Shown here in pieces: positions 1 to 8,338 of a stretch of DNA of 32,000 bases. Within the stretch, counting starts at the first letter, position 1, and every line of letters starts with the position of its first letter. The translations under genes were made by a program, and so were the position numbers. The stretch spans positions 2,280,001 through 2,312,000 of the forward strand of contig NZ_CP042911.1 in the NCBI RefSeq assembly GCF_008065095.1, written 5' to 3'. Origin of the DNA: Gemmata obscuriglobus. Lineage in GTDB: Bacteria; Planctomycetota; Planctomycetia; Gemmatales; Gemmataceae. The notes beneath the pieces are model-generated. The model had not been told where the DNA came from. It worked only from the letters and a program-made list of their open reading frames with translations, and searched no databases.

Positions 1-211
1 TGCCTCGGTTCCGGTCTCGCCTGCTCGGTCGACAGAGGGGCCGCTTCTACTCAGCGGTTCGGCCCATGGCCGGACATTGACGGCCCTTAGAATGCCCGGC
101 CGGGCTACTCGAACCCGATATGGGTCCGAGGTTCGCGGTTGCGCCGGCACGGATGCTCCCGAAGAACAACGTTCCACAACCGCTCACGCGACGCGGGGGA
201 GTGGCTCGCCG

Positions 212-1531
212 ATGAAGACTGCTGGCACGTTGAACGACCGGTCCAAGAAGGAACTGGCCGATTTGGCCAAGCGAAACGGCGTTCGCGGATGGGAAGCGAT
301 GGACAAACCCTCTCTCATCAAGGCGCTCGCTAAAAAGTCGGCGCCTAAAAGCTCCAGCTCCGTGCCGGATAAATCGCCTCCGAAGTCCGCTAAGCCCCCG
401 GTGAAGGTGGCAAAAGTGGCGGCGAAGGTGACAAAGGCGAAGAAAGTCAAACCCACCCCGAAGCCGGCCGACAAGGGTAAAGTTGTCGCAAAGGCTGCTC
501 CGACTCCGAAGCCTGCTCCTGCCAAAACTAAACCGACTCCGACTGTCGCCTCGCCTGTTACAAAGGCGACGACGAACGGCAGTCACAAGCCCGTTCCGCC
601 GGCAGTCACGAAGCCGCTGATTCAGAAAACCACTACGCCTGCCAAGACTGCGACGAAGTCACTGCTTCCAACACGAGATACCTCAAAAGAAGCGGCCCGC
701 TCTCTGAACACGGCCACCAAAGATCGTATCTTTCTGACCGTTCCGAATCCCTACTGGCTCAATGCGTATTGGGAGCTGACCACTCATTCCATGCAGCGTG
801 CCGAGGCGGCTCTTCGTCAGGACTGGCACGGTGCGAAACTCATTATCCGATTGTTTGATGTGACGAGCGGTGACACCACCAGCACCAGCGAAACCCCTGT
901 CAAAGACGTGACGATCCAGGGGACTGGGCAGACGTGGTACATTGATGTCTCGGGCGTCGGCCGCGCGTACCGTGCCGACATCGGATACGTCTCCCGCCGC
1001 GGCGATTTCTACGTCTTGGCCCGGTCGAACGTGGTGACGCCGCCGAAGGCGGGCACGGGGGAGGCCGGTGAAGGGTTCGACCTCGGTGGGTGGGACGACG
1101 ACGACGCGAAGCGGAAGGCCGAACGCATTTTGGCGATGTCCACCGGGTTCGAGTCGTCAGGCAGCTCCGAACTGCGTGAGCTGTACGAAGAGCGCCTCGG
1201 TCGACCGCTCGGGCCGCCGAAGCAGACCGCGTTCGGCACCGGTGCGATCCCGCCGGGCAGTGTGAAAAAGTTCTTCTTCGAGATCGACGCGAAGCTGATC
1301 GTGTTCGGCCGTACCGACCCGTCCGCGCACCTGACGCTCAACAACGACCCGATCAAACTGAGTTCCGACGGCACCTTCCGGATGACGTTCAACCTTCCGG
1401 ACAGCCGGCAAATCATCCCCGCCGTCGCCGCCAGTGCCGATGGCGTCGAAGAGCGGACCATCGTGCTCGCGGTCGAACGCAACACCAAGCACCTTGACCC
1501 GATGATTCACGACCAGATGAACGAGGTTTGA
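212..1531 (+). CDS. DUF4912-family protein with an N-terminal Rho_N/SAP-like motif and a Lys/Pro/Ala-rich linker
   Basis: The ORF is open from 77 (TTG), but the ATG at 212 (MKTAGTLNDRSKKELADLAKRNGVRGWEAMDKPSLIKALAK) starts a Rho-N-like helix-hairpin. A KPxPK/AKxA low-complexity tract of about 120 aa follows. The C-terminal part (DRIFLTVPNPYWLNAYWEL ... FFFEIDAKLIVFGRTDPSAHLTLNNDPIKLSSDGTF) matches my memory of the DUF4912 pattern. Confidence 0.8.
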   Translation: MKTAGTLNDRSKKELADLAKRNGVRGWEAMDKPSLIKALAKKSAPKSSSSVPDKSPPKSAKPPVKVAKVAAKVTKAKKVKPTPKPADKGKVVAKAAPTPKPAPAKTKPTPTVASPVTKATTNGSHKPVPPAVTKPLIQKTTTPAKTATKSLLPTRDTSKEAARSLNTATKDRIFLTVPNPYWLNAYWELTTHSMQRAEAALRQDWHGAKLIIRLFDVTSGDTTSTSETPVKDVTIQGTGQTWYIDVSGVGRAYRADIGYVSRRGDFYVLARSNVVTPPKAGTGEAGEGFDLGGWDDDDAKRKAERILAMSTGFESSGSSELRELYEERLGRPLGPPKQTAFGTGAIPPGSVKKFFFEIDAKLIVFGRTDPSAHLTLNNDPIKLSSDGTFRMTFNLPDSRQIIPAVAASADGVEERTIVLAVERNTKHLDPMIHDQMNEV

Positions 1532-1565
1532 TCGCCGCGCTGCAGGAGAGACAGAAGAGGAATGA

Positions 1566-1660
1566 CCGCGAAGAAGCACAAAAGAGAACCAAGGACAAGA
1601 GCTTGAATTTCTTCAACTCTGCCTTGATTCCTTTTTGTGCTTTTTTGCTTTCCTTCGCGG
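1566..1660 (+). terminator. Imperfect long inverted repeat in an AT-richer spacer; possible terminator or regulatory hairpin
   Basis: ccgcgaag (1566-1573) pairs with cttcgcgg (1653-1660). aagcacaaaa (1574-1583) pairs with ttttgtgctt (1633-1642). There is a 10-nt T-rich bulge on the 3' arm. The repeat sits just after the stop at 1531 in an unusually A/T-rich stretch for this window. Confidence 0.3.
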
Positions 1661-1678
1661 CCAATCTGTTGGGTTCTT

Positions 1679-2806
1679 ATGGTTGTTGATTTTTTCCTCT
1701 CCGACCAGCCAGAAGTCCCGAGCGAGTTTGCTCTCGTGCGGGTGTCGCGGCGCGCGATGGCGACCCGGTTCGAGGTCGCGATTCCCGTCGGCACACACCA
1801 TGATCCCGTTGCAGCGGCCGAAGACGCTTTGGACCTCATCGACGAACTCGAGGCTCAACTCACCGTTTACCGCGACGACTCCGAAGTATCTCAACTGAAC
1901 CAAACTGCGGCCGACGGTTTCGTTGAGGTCGAGTCGCACCTGTTTGCGTTGCTCTCACGTTGCGCGGGGTGGACGAAGGAAACGGGGGGCGCGTTCGATA
2001 TCGCCACCGGTGCGCTGACGAAGGCATGGGGCTTTTTTCGTCGCGAACCCAGTGTTCCCACACAACCCGCGCGTAACGAGGCGATGCGTGCAAGTGGCAC
2101 CCGGCACGTCCTGCTCGATCCGGCTCGCCTGGCAGTAAAATTTCGCGTGCGCGGGTTGGAACTGAACTTCGGCGCAGTCGGCAAGGGCTATGCGCTGGAT
2201 CGCGCGGCGGAACTGCTTCGCGTGAAGTGGGGGGTGCGGTCGGCGCTGCTGCACGCGGGCGGCAGTAGCGCCTTCGCGATCGGGTTCCCTCCAGGAGACA
2301 CGCGGGGCTGGCCGATCGACCTTCAACACCCATATGAAGCGAACGCCTCACTTGGCACGCTGTACCTTCGCGACGCCGGGTTGGGCACCTCGGCGGCCAC
2401 CTTCCAATTTTTTGAGTACAAAGGACAAAAACTGGGGCACCTGCTCGACCCGCGTCGCGGGTGGCCGGCTTCGGGCACTGCGAGCACGAGCGTGATTGCC
2501 CCCACGGCTGCTGAGGCCGACGCGATGTCAACGGCCGCGTTCGTGCTCGGAGCTTCCGGCGCGGAATCGCTGACGCGATTGCGACCGGCGCTCGGGGCGG
2601 TGGTGCTGCCGGATGAATCGACCCGCTTGATGTCTCTCCCCGGTCGAAAGGGAGAGAAGTCCGAATCCGCGCCGCGCTCGTCCCCGGCGAGCGATGTGCC
2701 TTGCTCACCCTTTGATTCAGAGAGAGGGGGCCAGAGCGGTCTTTTGGCCTTCAACATCGCTCCTGGCGCCTTCTCTCCAACGGCTCACGTGGATCACTCG
2801 CAATGA
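1679..2806 (+). CDS. apbE: ApbE-family FAD:protein FMN transferase
   Basis: RRAMATRFEVAI corresponds to the usual MGT strand. Other matching segments are TAADGFVEV, FDIATGALTKAWGF, NFGAVGKGYALDRAAELL, LLHAGGSSAFAIG and ADAMSTAAFVLG. The ORF is open from GTG 1637, but that start lies inside the upstream hairpin, so I chose ATG 1679. The start is uncertain. A C-terminal extension of about 60 aa is unaligned. Confidence 0.85.
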   Translation: MVVDFFLSDQPEVPSEFALVRVSRRAMATRFEVAIPVGTHHDPVAAAEDALDLIDELEAQLTVYRDDSEVSQLNQTAADGFVEVESHLFALLSRCAGWTKETGGAFDIATGALTKAWGFFRREPSVPTQPARNEAMRASGTRHVLLDPARLAVKFRVRGLELNFGAVGKGYALDRAAELLRVKWGVRSALLHAGGSSAFAIGFPPGDTRGWPIDLQHPYEANASLGTLYLRDAGLGTSAATFQFFEYKGQKLGHLLDPRRGWPASGTASTSVIAPTAAEADAMSTAAFVLGASGAESLTRLRPALGAVVLPDESTRLMSLPGRKGEKSESAPRSSPASDVPCSPFDSERGGQSGLLAFNIAPGAFSPTAHVDHSQ

Positions 2807-4194
2807 ACCTGACCCCGACCCTGGCCGCGGTGGTTTACGCGGGGCTTATCGGAACGGTGCTCTCACTCATCGTTGCGACCGCCACAAACCGCTGGTCGCC
2901 CCGCGTCTTTTTGTTGCTGGCCCTGCGGCTGGCGATCGGCTGGCACTTCATGTTCGAGGGGTTCCACAAGATCCACTCGACGTACACCGGCCCGACCGAC
3001 ACCAACCGCCCCTTCAGCAGCGAGCCGTACTTCAAGGTCGCGCCGGGGCCGATCGGTGAGAAGATGCGGCGCGAGTTCTCAGACCCGGCGGCCGATATTG
3101 CCGCAAAAGTGAAGGCCCCAAAAGAGATCAGCCCCGCCGAATTCAAGAACCTGAGCACCGAGCAGCAGGCCGCGGCGTGCCCCGAGGCCGTGGCGAAAGC
3201 GTTCGATACGGACGCCGTGCTCAAAGCCACCGAGGAAGGCATCAAACTCGAAGCGGAGCAGGACGCGAAAGACGCGGACAAGACCGCCGAGAAGGCGCTG
3301 AAGGATGCTAAAGCCGCCGAGGAGAAGGCACTCGAGAGCGTTCGCGTAAACTCGGTTCGGTGGGACGGTCCCGATCTGTGGGGCGCCGTGCAGCGCGGGC
3401 TACAGGCCCGCCAGACCGAGGCCAATAAAGCCGAGATCAAGGCGGACGCCGAGAAGGCACGCAAGAAGATTCAGGCGGACGCCGAGAAGGCCAAAAAGGA
3501 AGCGAAGGAGCGGGGGGAGAAGTTCGCCGATCTGGCGCCCAAACGCATCCTCGAAGCGAAGGCCGCTTACGCCCGATGGGTGTACGGTGTCGACGCGGCG
3601 GACGTGACCGTGAAGTTCGTGACCGGTGGCGTCCCCCGTAACGCCCCGCAACGGCTCGATTACCTCGAGTCGCTTCGCGCCTCTCTTCACGCCGCGGAGG
3701 CGCCGCAGGCGGACGGGCTCGGTAACGGGACCGGCACCGACGTGAAGCGGATCGCCGAACTGCGTCAGAGCCTCATCAGTACGGAAGCCGATCTGGCCCG
3801 GGACGCGAACACTTACGCGGCCGACCTTCGGAAAACGATTTCGGCCGGCAAGATCGTCGAAATACCTGCCGAACCGAGTCGCGGACAACTGATGGATAAG
3901 GTTACAATGTGGTTTCTGGTGGGTGTGGGCGCGTGCGTGATGTTCGGGCTGCTGACCCGGCTGGCGTGCCTGCTCGCGTGCGGGTTCTTGGTGACGACGT
4001 ACCTTGCGCACCCGCCGTTCCCGTGGTACCCGCTCCCGCCCGGCACCGAGGGCAACCCGGTGTTCGTCAACAAGAACGTGATCGAAGCGCTGGCGCTGCT
4101 CGTACTCGCGTCCTACCCGACCGGCCGGTGGCTCGGGCTCGACGCGATCGTGCTGCGGCCGTTCTGCAAGTACAAACCCGAACGTCCGGCTTAG
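2803..4194 (+). CDS. DoxX-like integral membrane protein with a ~300-aa Lys/Glu/Ala-rich insertion
   Basis: Its ATG overlaps the apbE stop (ATGA at 2803-2806). The N-terminus has hydrophobic helices (LAAVVYAGLIGTVLSLIVATA; VFLLLALRLAIGWHFMFEGFHKI). The C-terminus has more (MWFLVGVGACVMFGLLTRLACLLACGFLVTTYLAHPP; VIEALALLVLASYPTGRWLGLD), which is DoxX-like. The centre is charged and coiled-coil-like, with an internal repeat ADAEKA(R/K)KK. Confidence 0.65.
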   Translation: MNLTPTLAAVVYAGLIGTVLSLIVATATNRWSPRVFLLLALRLAIGWHFMFEGFHKIHSTYTGPTDTNRPFSSEPYFKVAPGPIGEKMRREFSDPAADIAAKVKAPKEISPAEFKNLSTEQQAAACPEAVAKAFDTDAVLKATEEGIKLEAEQDAKDADKTAEKALKDAKAAEEKALESVRVNSVRWDGPDLWGAVQRGLQARQTEANKAEIKADAEKARKKIQADAEKAKKEAKERGEKFADLAPKRILEAKAAYARWVYGVDAADVTVKFVTGGVPRNAPQRLDYLESLRASLHAAEAPQADGLGNGTGTDVKRIAELRQSLISTEADLARDANTYAADLRKTISAGKIVEIPAEPSRGQLMDKVTMWFLVGVGACVMFGLLTRLACLLACGFLVTTYLAHPPFPWYPLPPGTEGNPVFVNKNVIEALALLVLASYPTGRWLGLDAIVLRPFCKYKPERPA

Positions 4195-4316
4195 TGCCTT
4201 GCCCAGGACCGCTTTGACCGCGCCGCCCCGACGCCCAACATTAGCCGCACCGCCGATCGTCCGCCCTCTCGCTTCTCCGCTGGGGGCACCGCGAACCTTC
4301 CCTGGAGCTTCGGAAT

Positions 4317-6071
4317 ATGGCTCTCGACCTGACACCCGAGCAGAAGGCCGCCGGTAAGGCGAACTTCGAGCAAGTGACCGGTGACCTCGCCCGCGCCGGT
4401 AAGATGAATTCGATGGTCACCGGCGGCACCGACCCAAATAAGCCAGATCGCCGGGACGTTCTCAAGGCCGGTCTCGCGGCGGGCGCCGTGGTGCCGGTGT
4501 CGGCCGCCGTGTATTACGGGTACAGCTCGTGGAAGGGGAGCCGGGCGGTGCGCACCGCCCTTATCGGCACCGGGGACGAGGGCGGGGTGCTGGTCGGCGA
4601 CCACAACCCCGAGTTCAACGAAATCGTCGCGGTGTGCGACATCCGCCCGTCGAACCTGGACCGGATCTTCGAGGGCGAGAAGAACGGCCCGCGGAAGGGG
4701 CTCAACAACATATACGGCAAGGCGTCGGCCAAGAACATCAAGCGCTACGACGACGTGAGCAAATTGCTCGCGGACGCGAAGTCCCTCGGGCTAGAAGCGG
4801 TCATCATCGCGACCCCGCTGCACACGCACGACGTGATCGCCAAGGCGTGCATGGACGCCGGGCTGCACGTGCTGTGCGAGAAGCTGATGGCGCGCACTAT
4901 CGGCAAGTGCAAGGAGATGATCAAGTACGCCAAGGACCGCGGGCTGCTGCTATCGGTCGGCCACCAGCGCCACTACAGCACCCTGTACGCCCATGCCCTT
5001 GAGGTGATTCAGAACGGCGTACTCGGTGACATCAAACACATCCGGGCGCAGTGGCCGCGCAACAACTCGTGGCCGTTCAGCGCCACCGCCGCCGAGAAGG
5101 AGAAGTTCGCCACCGGCCTTGACATCAACGGCAAGAAATTCGAGCCGCCCGAGCTGCGCGACGGGTGGTGCAAGCCGGTGCTGAAGCAAGACGCCGAGCC
5201 GTTCCTTGCCGACGGCGGCGCCGCGAAGCTCAAGGAGTGCGGGTACGACAGCGTCACCGAGCTCGTGCGGTGGCGTCTGTACGAGAAAACCGGCGGCGGG
5301 CTGATGGCCGAACTCGGCAGCCACCAACTCGACGCGTCGTCGATCATTCTGGGGCACGTTCACCCGATCGCGGTGAGCGGGATCGGCGGGAAGTTCTTCT
5401 ACGGTCCCGGCAAGAATGACCGCGAGAGCGATGACGGGGTGTTCGTAACGTTCGAGTTCCCCGGGCCGAAGCACCCGAAGGCGGGCAAAGGCGGGAAGGA
5501 CGAGAGCGACATCGTCATCGTGACGTACTCGTCGTTCAACACCAACAGCTTTGAAGACTACGGCGAGTGCATCATGGGCAGCCGCGGCACCATGATCATC
5601 TCGAAAGAAGCCGAGGTGTACCTCTACAAGGAACCGGAGCCCGGTAAAGCCGGGAGCGGTGGGCGTGACACCCGTGTGACGGTGAGCGGCGCGGGCGGCG
5701 GTAAGGCCGCGATGGAATCGACCTCGACCTGGGGCGGCGGGGGCGGCGCGGCAATCAGCAAGGCGCCCGGCGCCAGCGCGTGGGACACACCGGTGCGCGG
5801 CTACCGCACCGAGATGGAGCACTTCGCCTACTGCGTTCGCGAGTGGCAGAAGCGCGGCGGGAAGGTCGATTACACGAAGAACGAGAAGGGCGAGTTCGTC
5901 CACAAGGACATCATCCCGCGGTGCCACGGCGAAGTCGCAATGGCCGACGCGATCCTTGCGCTGACGTCCAACATGGCGATGGCCAAGAAAGAACGCATCG
6001 TGTTCGAGGACGCGTGGTTCAAAGTGGACGAGGCGGCTACCCCCGAAGACAAGCACGCGAAGAAGGCTTGA
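4317..6071 (+). CDS. Gfo/Idh/MocA-family oxidoreductase with a twin-arginine (Tat) signal
   Basis: The Tat motif is DRRDVLKAGLAAGAVVPVSAAVYYG. The Rossmann start is RTALIGTGDEGG. The family core is EAVIIATPLHTHDVIAKACMDAGLHVLCEKLMARTIGKCKEMIKYAKDRGLLLSVGHQRHYS. There is a Gly-rich insertion near residue 450. Confidence 0.88.
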   Translation: MALDLTPEQKAAGKANFEQVTGDLARAGKMNSMVTGGTDPNKPDRRDVLKAGLAAGAVVPVSAAVYYGYSSWKGSRAVRTALIGTGDEGGVLVGDHNPEFNEIVAVCDIRPSNLDRIFEGEKNGPRKGLNNIYGKASAKNIKRYDDVSKLLADAKSLGLEAVIIATPLHTHDVIAKACMDAGLHVLCEKLMARTIGKCKEMIKYAKDRGLLLSVGHQRHYSTLYAHALEVIQNGVLGDIKHIRAQWPRNNSWPFSATAAEKEKFATGLDINGKKFEPPELRDGWCKPVLKQDAEPFLADGGAAKLKECGYDSVTELVRWRLYEKTGGGLMAELGSHQLDASSIILGHVHPIAVSGIGGKFFYGPGKNDRESDDGVFVTFEFPGPKHPKAGKGGKDESDIVIVTYSSFNTNSFEDYGECIMGSRGTMIISKEAEVYLYKEPEPGKAGSGGRDTRVTVSGAGGGKAAMESTSTWGGGGGAAISKAPGASAWDTPVRGYRTEMEHFAYCVREWQKRGGKVDYTKNEKGEFVHKDIIPRCHGEVAMADAILALTSNMAMAKKERIVFEDAWFKVDEAATPEDKHAKKA

Positions 6072-6077
6072 TCGGAA

Positions 6078-6192
6078 GTCGCAGGTCAGTCGGAAGTCGG
6101 AAGGCCCGAAAATCGTGAAGTCGAAGACATCCATACCGGGCGTCTTCGACTTCACGACTTTCGGGCCTTCCGACTTCCGACTGACCTGCGAC
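6078..6192. repeat. Very long inverted repeat (51-bp arms, 1 mismatch, 13-nt loop) between convergent genes; probable bidirectional terminator or palindromic repeat element
   Basis: The left arm is 6078-6128 (gtcgcaggtcagtcggaagtcggaaggcccgaaaatcgtgaagtcgaagac). The right arm at 6142-6192 is its reverse complement except for one position (t/c). The loop is atccataccgggc. The arms contain the short tandem gtcggaa gtcggaa. Confidence 0.9.
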
Positions 6193-6197
6193 CGAGA

Positions 6198-7307
6198 CTA
6201 CGGCAGCGTAGCGATTCGAATGTTACGGAACAGGATGTCCGTGGTCGGGTCGTGGCCCTGGATCGAAAGCGGCCCCTTCGCGGCCCGGAAGCCCTGACGC
6301 GGGTTGTCGCTCTCCTTGCGCTCGTCGAGCCAATCGACCGTTTGGTAACCGTTCACCCACGTCGAGATGCGCCGGCCGTTGGCGGCGACGGTCATCGTGA
6401 ACCACTCGTTGTCGTTGCTGACCACCTTCCGCGCCGCGATGCGCCGGTAGATGGCCCCGGTGCCGAAGTCGGCCGGTTTGGTCCGGTCGCCGTCCTTGTA
6501 GGCGTTCTGAACCTGGGCCTCGTACCCGTTCTGGTACTGCCCCGGGATGCAGCGGAAGAAGATCCCGCTGTTCAGGGCCTTTCCGAGCGTCTTGCACTCG
6601 AACTGAAGCACGAAGTTGTCGAACTCCTTTTCGGTGACGAGATCACCGGGACCGTTCTTCACGGAGAGTTCGCCGTCCTTTGTCACCGCCCATTTCGACG
6701 CCGCCCGCTTCGGGTCAGCCGTGTTCACCTTCCAGCCGTCGAGGTTCTTGCCGTTGAAGAGCAGAGTCGCGTGATCGGGCCGAAGTTTCGCGGTCCGAAT
6801 CCGGACTTCGTTTTTCCCATCGGTTTCAATCAACACGGGTGCGGTCGTGGCTTCGGGGCGAGGTTCCTTGACCTGTTTGTCAGAACAGAGGCCGCCTGAC
6901 ACCTCGTACCCTGCGTACCCCATACCCGGTCGTCGGTCTCGTTGCAGATGAAGGCCGGCCCACCGATTGGTGTCGTTACCCGCAGTTGGTCCGTCGATCG
7001 TGAGTTGGTACGTGCCGGTGTGAGCAATTCCCTTTCCTTGCCATTCAATGTGCGTTTCGAAATGCGGAAACGTTGCCGACGGATGCGCAATCGTCTTCTT
7101 GCCCTTCCCAAGAATCAGCACCCCGTCTTTCACTTCCGCGGCCCCTTCGATCTTCCACCCGAAGTTGGTCTCGCCGTCGAACAGCAGCACCCAGCCGTCC
7201 GCGATCTCCTTTGTCGTGAGTGTGTTCGGCTTCGGTTGATCGGCGTCGGCTGCGAACGCGGGTGATGCGCTCGCGAGTAGAGCGAGTGCGGTGAGCAGTC
7301 GGAACAT
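6198..7307 (-). CDS. Secreted protein with two DUF1080 (3-keto-disaccharide hydrolase-like) domains
   Basis: The signal peptide is MFRLLTALALLASASPAFAADAD. Domain 1 includes GWVLLFDGETNFGWKIEG. Domain 2 includes LFNGKNLDGWKV ... WAVTKDGEL ... NFVLQFECK ... NSGIFFRC ... GAIY ... GPLSIQGHDPTTDILFRNIRI. Confidence 0.85.
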   Translation of the reverse strand: MFRLLTALALLASASPAFAADADQPKPNTLTTKEIADGWVLLFDGETNFGWKIEGAAEVKDGVLILGKGKKTIAHPSATFPHFETHIEWQGKGIAHTGTYQLTIDGPTAGNDTNRWAGLHLQRDRRPGMGYAGYEVSGGLCSDKQVKEPRPEATTAPVLIETDGKNEVRIRTAKLRPDHATLLFNGKNLDGWKVNTADPKRAASKWAVTKDGELSVKNGPGDLVTEKEFDNFVLQFECKTLGKALNSGIFFRCIPGQYQNGYEAQVQNAYKDGDRTKPADFGTGAIYRRIAARKVVSNDNEWFTMTVAANGRRISTWVNGYQTVDWLDERKESDNPRQGFRAAKGPLSIQGHDPTTDILFRNIRIATLP

Positions 7308-7332
7308 GAAGGTCTCCGGGAAGGTGGCTGTT

Positions 7333-7444
7333 CCCTGGGACCGCGGGCGGGACGCCCGCTATGGAACGGCCTGTATTGTTGGGCGAATTGGTGTCTTGCG
7401 ACATCACCCGCGTCGCAGCGGGCGGGACGCCCGCGGTCCCAGGG
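7333..7444. repeat. Composite GC-rich inverted repeat (REP-like) after the stop of the SDR gene and upstream of the DUF1080 gene
   Basis: The 17-nt self-complementary core gcgggcgggacgcccgc occurs twice in direct orientation (7343-7359 and 7418-7434). The outer flanks ccctgggacc (7333-7342) and ggtcccaggg (7435-7444) are exact reverse complements of each other. Confidence 0.8.
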
Positions 7445-7455
7445 GAAGCAAAGGG

Positions 7456-8310
7456 CTACATCGTTGTGTCCGCGACGGCCGCGGTCAAGCTGTCGTGGTA
7501 GCTGGCGTACTGCGGCGCCCAACCCAGGTCGCGGAATTTCGAGGCGTTGATGCGGCGGTTCGGCGCGCCCGGTTCCGGCTTGTGCTCGAACTTCGCGGCT
7601 GGCGCGTTCAGTAACTCCGCGAGCCGCGTGTAGAAGTCCCGGCGCGTGACCGGCACGCCGTCCGCGAGGTTGTACGTTTCGCCCGGGTGGCCCTTTCCTT
7701 CCGCGAACAGTACGGCGTCGGCCGCGTCCGATACGTGAACCAGGTTCAACCACTTGTCGGCGTCGCCGATCAGCGGTTCGCCGTTCAGAACCGGTTGTCG
7801 GCGCAGGAGCCGGTGCGGACCGTACAGACCGGCCGAACGGAGGACGATCGCATCGGGCTTGTGTGTCCGCAGGAGTTGCTCCGCTTCGAGTACGACCCGG
7901 CCGGAGTCTTCGGTCGGCGCGGTCGGGCTCGTTTCATCCACCCAACCGCCGTCGCTCTGGCCGTAGACGCTCGTACTGGAAACGTAAACGAACCGGGAGC
8001 ACGGCGGGAGCGCGCGGAGGACGTTTGCCAGCCCGGTCACGTACACCTCGTGCATCGGCCGCCCGGCGGTGCGGTCGAAGCCCACGGCGTACAGCACGGT
8101 GGACGCGGTCGGCAGCGCGCGAAGGCTTGTGGGATCGAGCACATCGCCCGTAATCGGTTCGACGCCGACGGTTCGTAGTTTTTCGGCGTTGCTGCGAGTG
8201 AGGGCCGCGACACGGTGCCCGCGCGCGAGCCAGCGCGCTGCGACCACGCGGCCCAAATACCCGCACCCGATGATCAGGCGCGGCTCGGACGTATGAACCA
8301 GGGGTGACAT
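7456..8310 (-). CDS. NAD(P)-binding SDR / NAD-dependent epimerase-dehydratase family protein
   Basis: The N-terminal Rossmann motif is LIIGCGYLGRVVAARWLARGHRVAALTRS. The protein is about 284 aa. FVYVSSTSVYG and the YGPHR region are typical of atypical/extended SDRs. Confidence 0.8.
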   Translation of the reverse strand: MSPLVHTSEPRLIIGCGYLGRVVAARWLARGHRVAALTRSNAEKLRTVGVEPITGDVLDPTSLRALPTASTVLYAVGFDRTAGRPMHEVYVTGLANVLRALPPCSRFVYVSSTSVYGQSDGGWVDETSPTAPTEDSGRVVLEAEQLLRTHKPDAIVLRSAGLYGPHRLLRRQPVLNGEPLIGDADKWLNLVHVSDAADAVLFAEGKGHPGETYNLADGVPVTRRDFYTRLAELLNAPAAKFEHKPEPGAPNRRINASKFRDLGWAPQYASYHDSLTAAVADTTM

Positions 8311-8338
8311 TAGGCGCCTCTTGCACTAACTATTCGGA

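Noticed and set aside
47-586. 179-aa minus-strand ORF at the window start
   Set aside because: It is antisense to the Lys/Pro/Ala-rich tract of the DUF4912 gene. The translation is Arg/Ser/Phe/Leu-rich and mirrors that repeat tract, with no independent support.
1679-7307. Local FMN-acceptor (flavinylation) motif for ApbE in neighbouring proteins
   Set aside because: Only partial look-alikes lacking the terminal Ser/Thr were found (VSGAGGG, DFGTGAIY, LGTSAATF within ApbE itself). No neighbour can be called a substrate.
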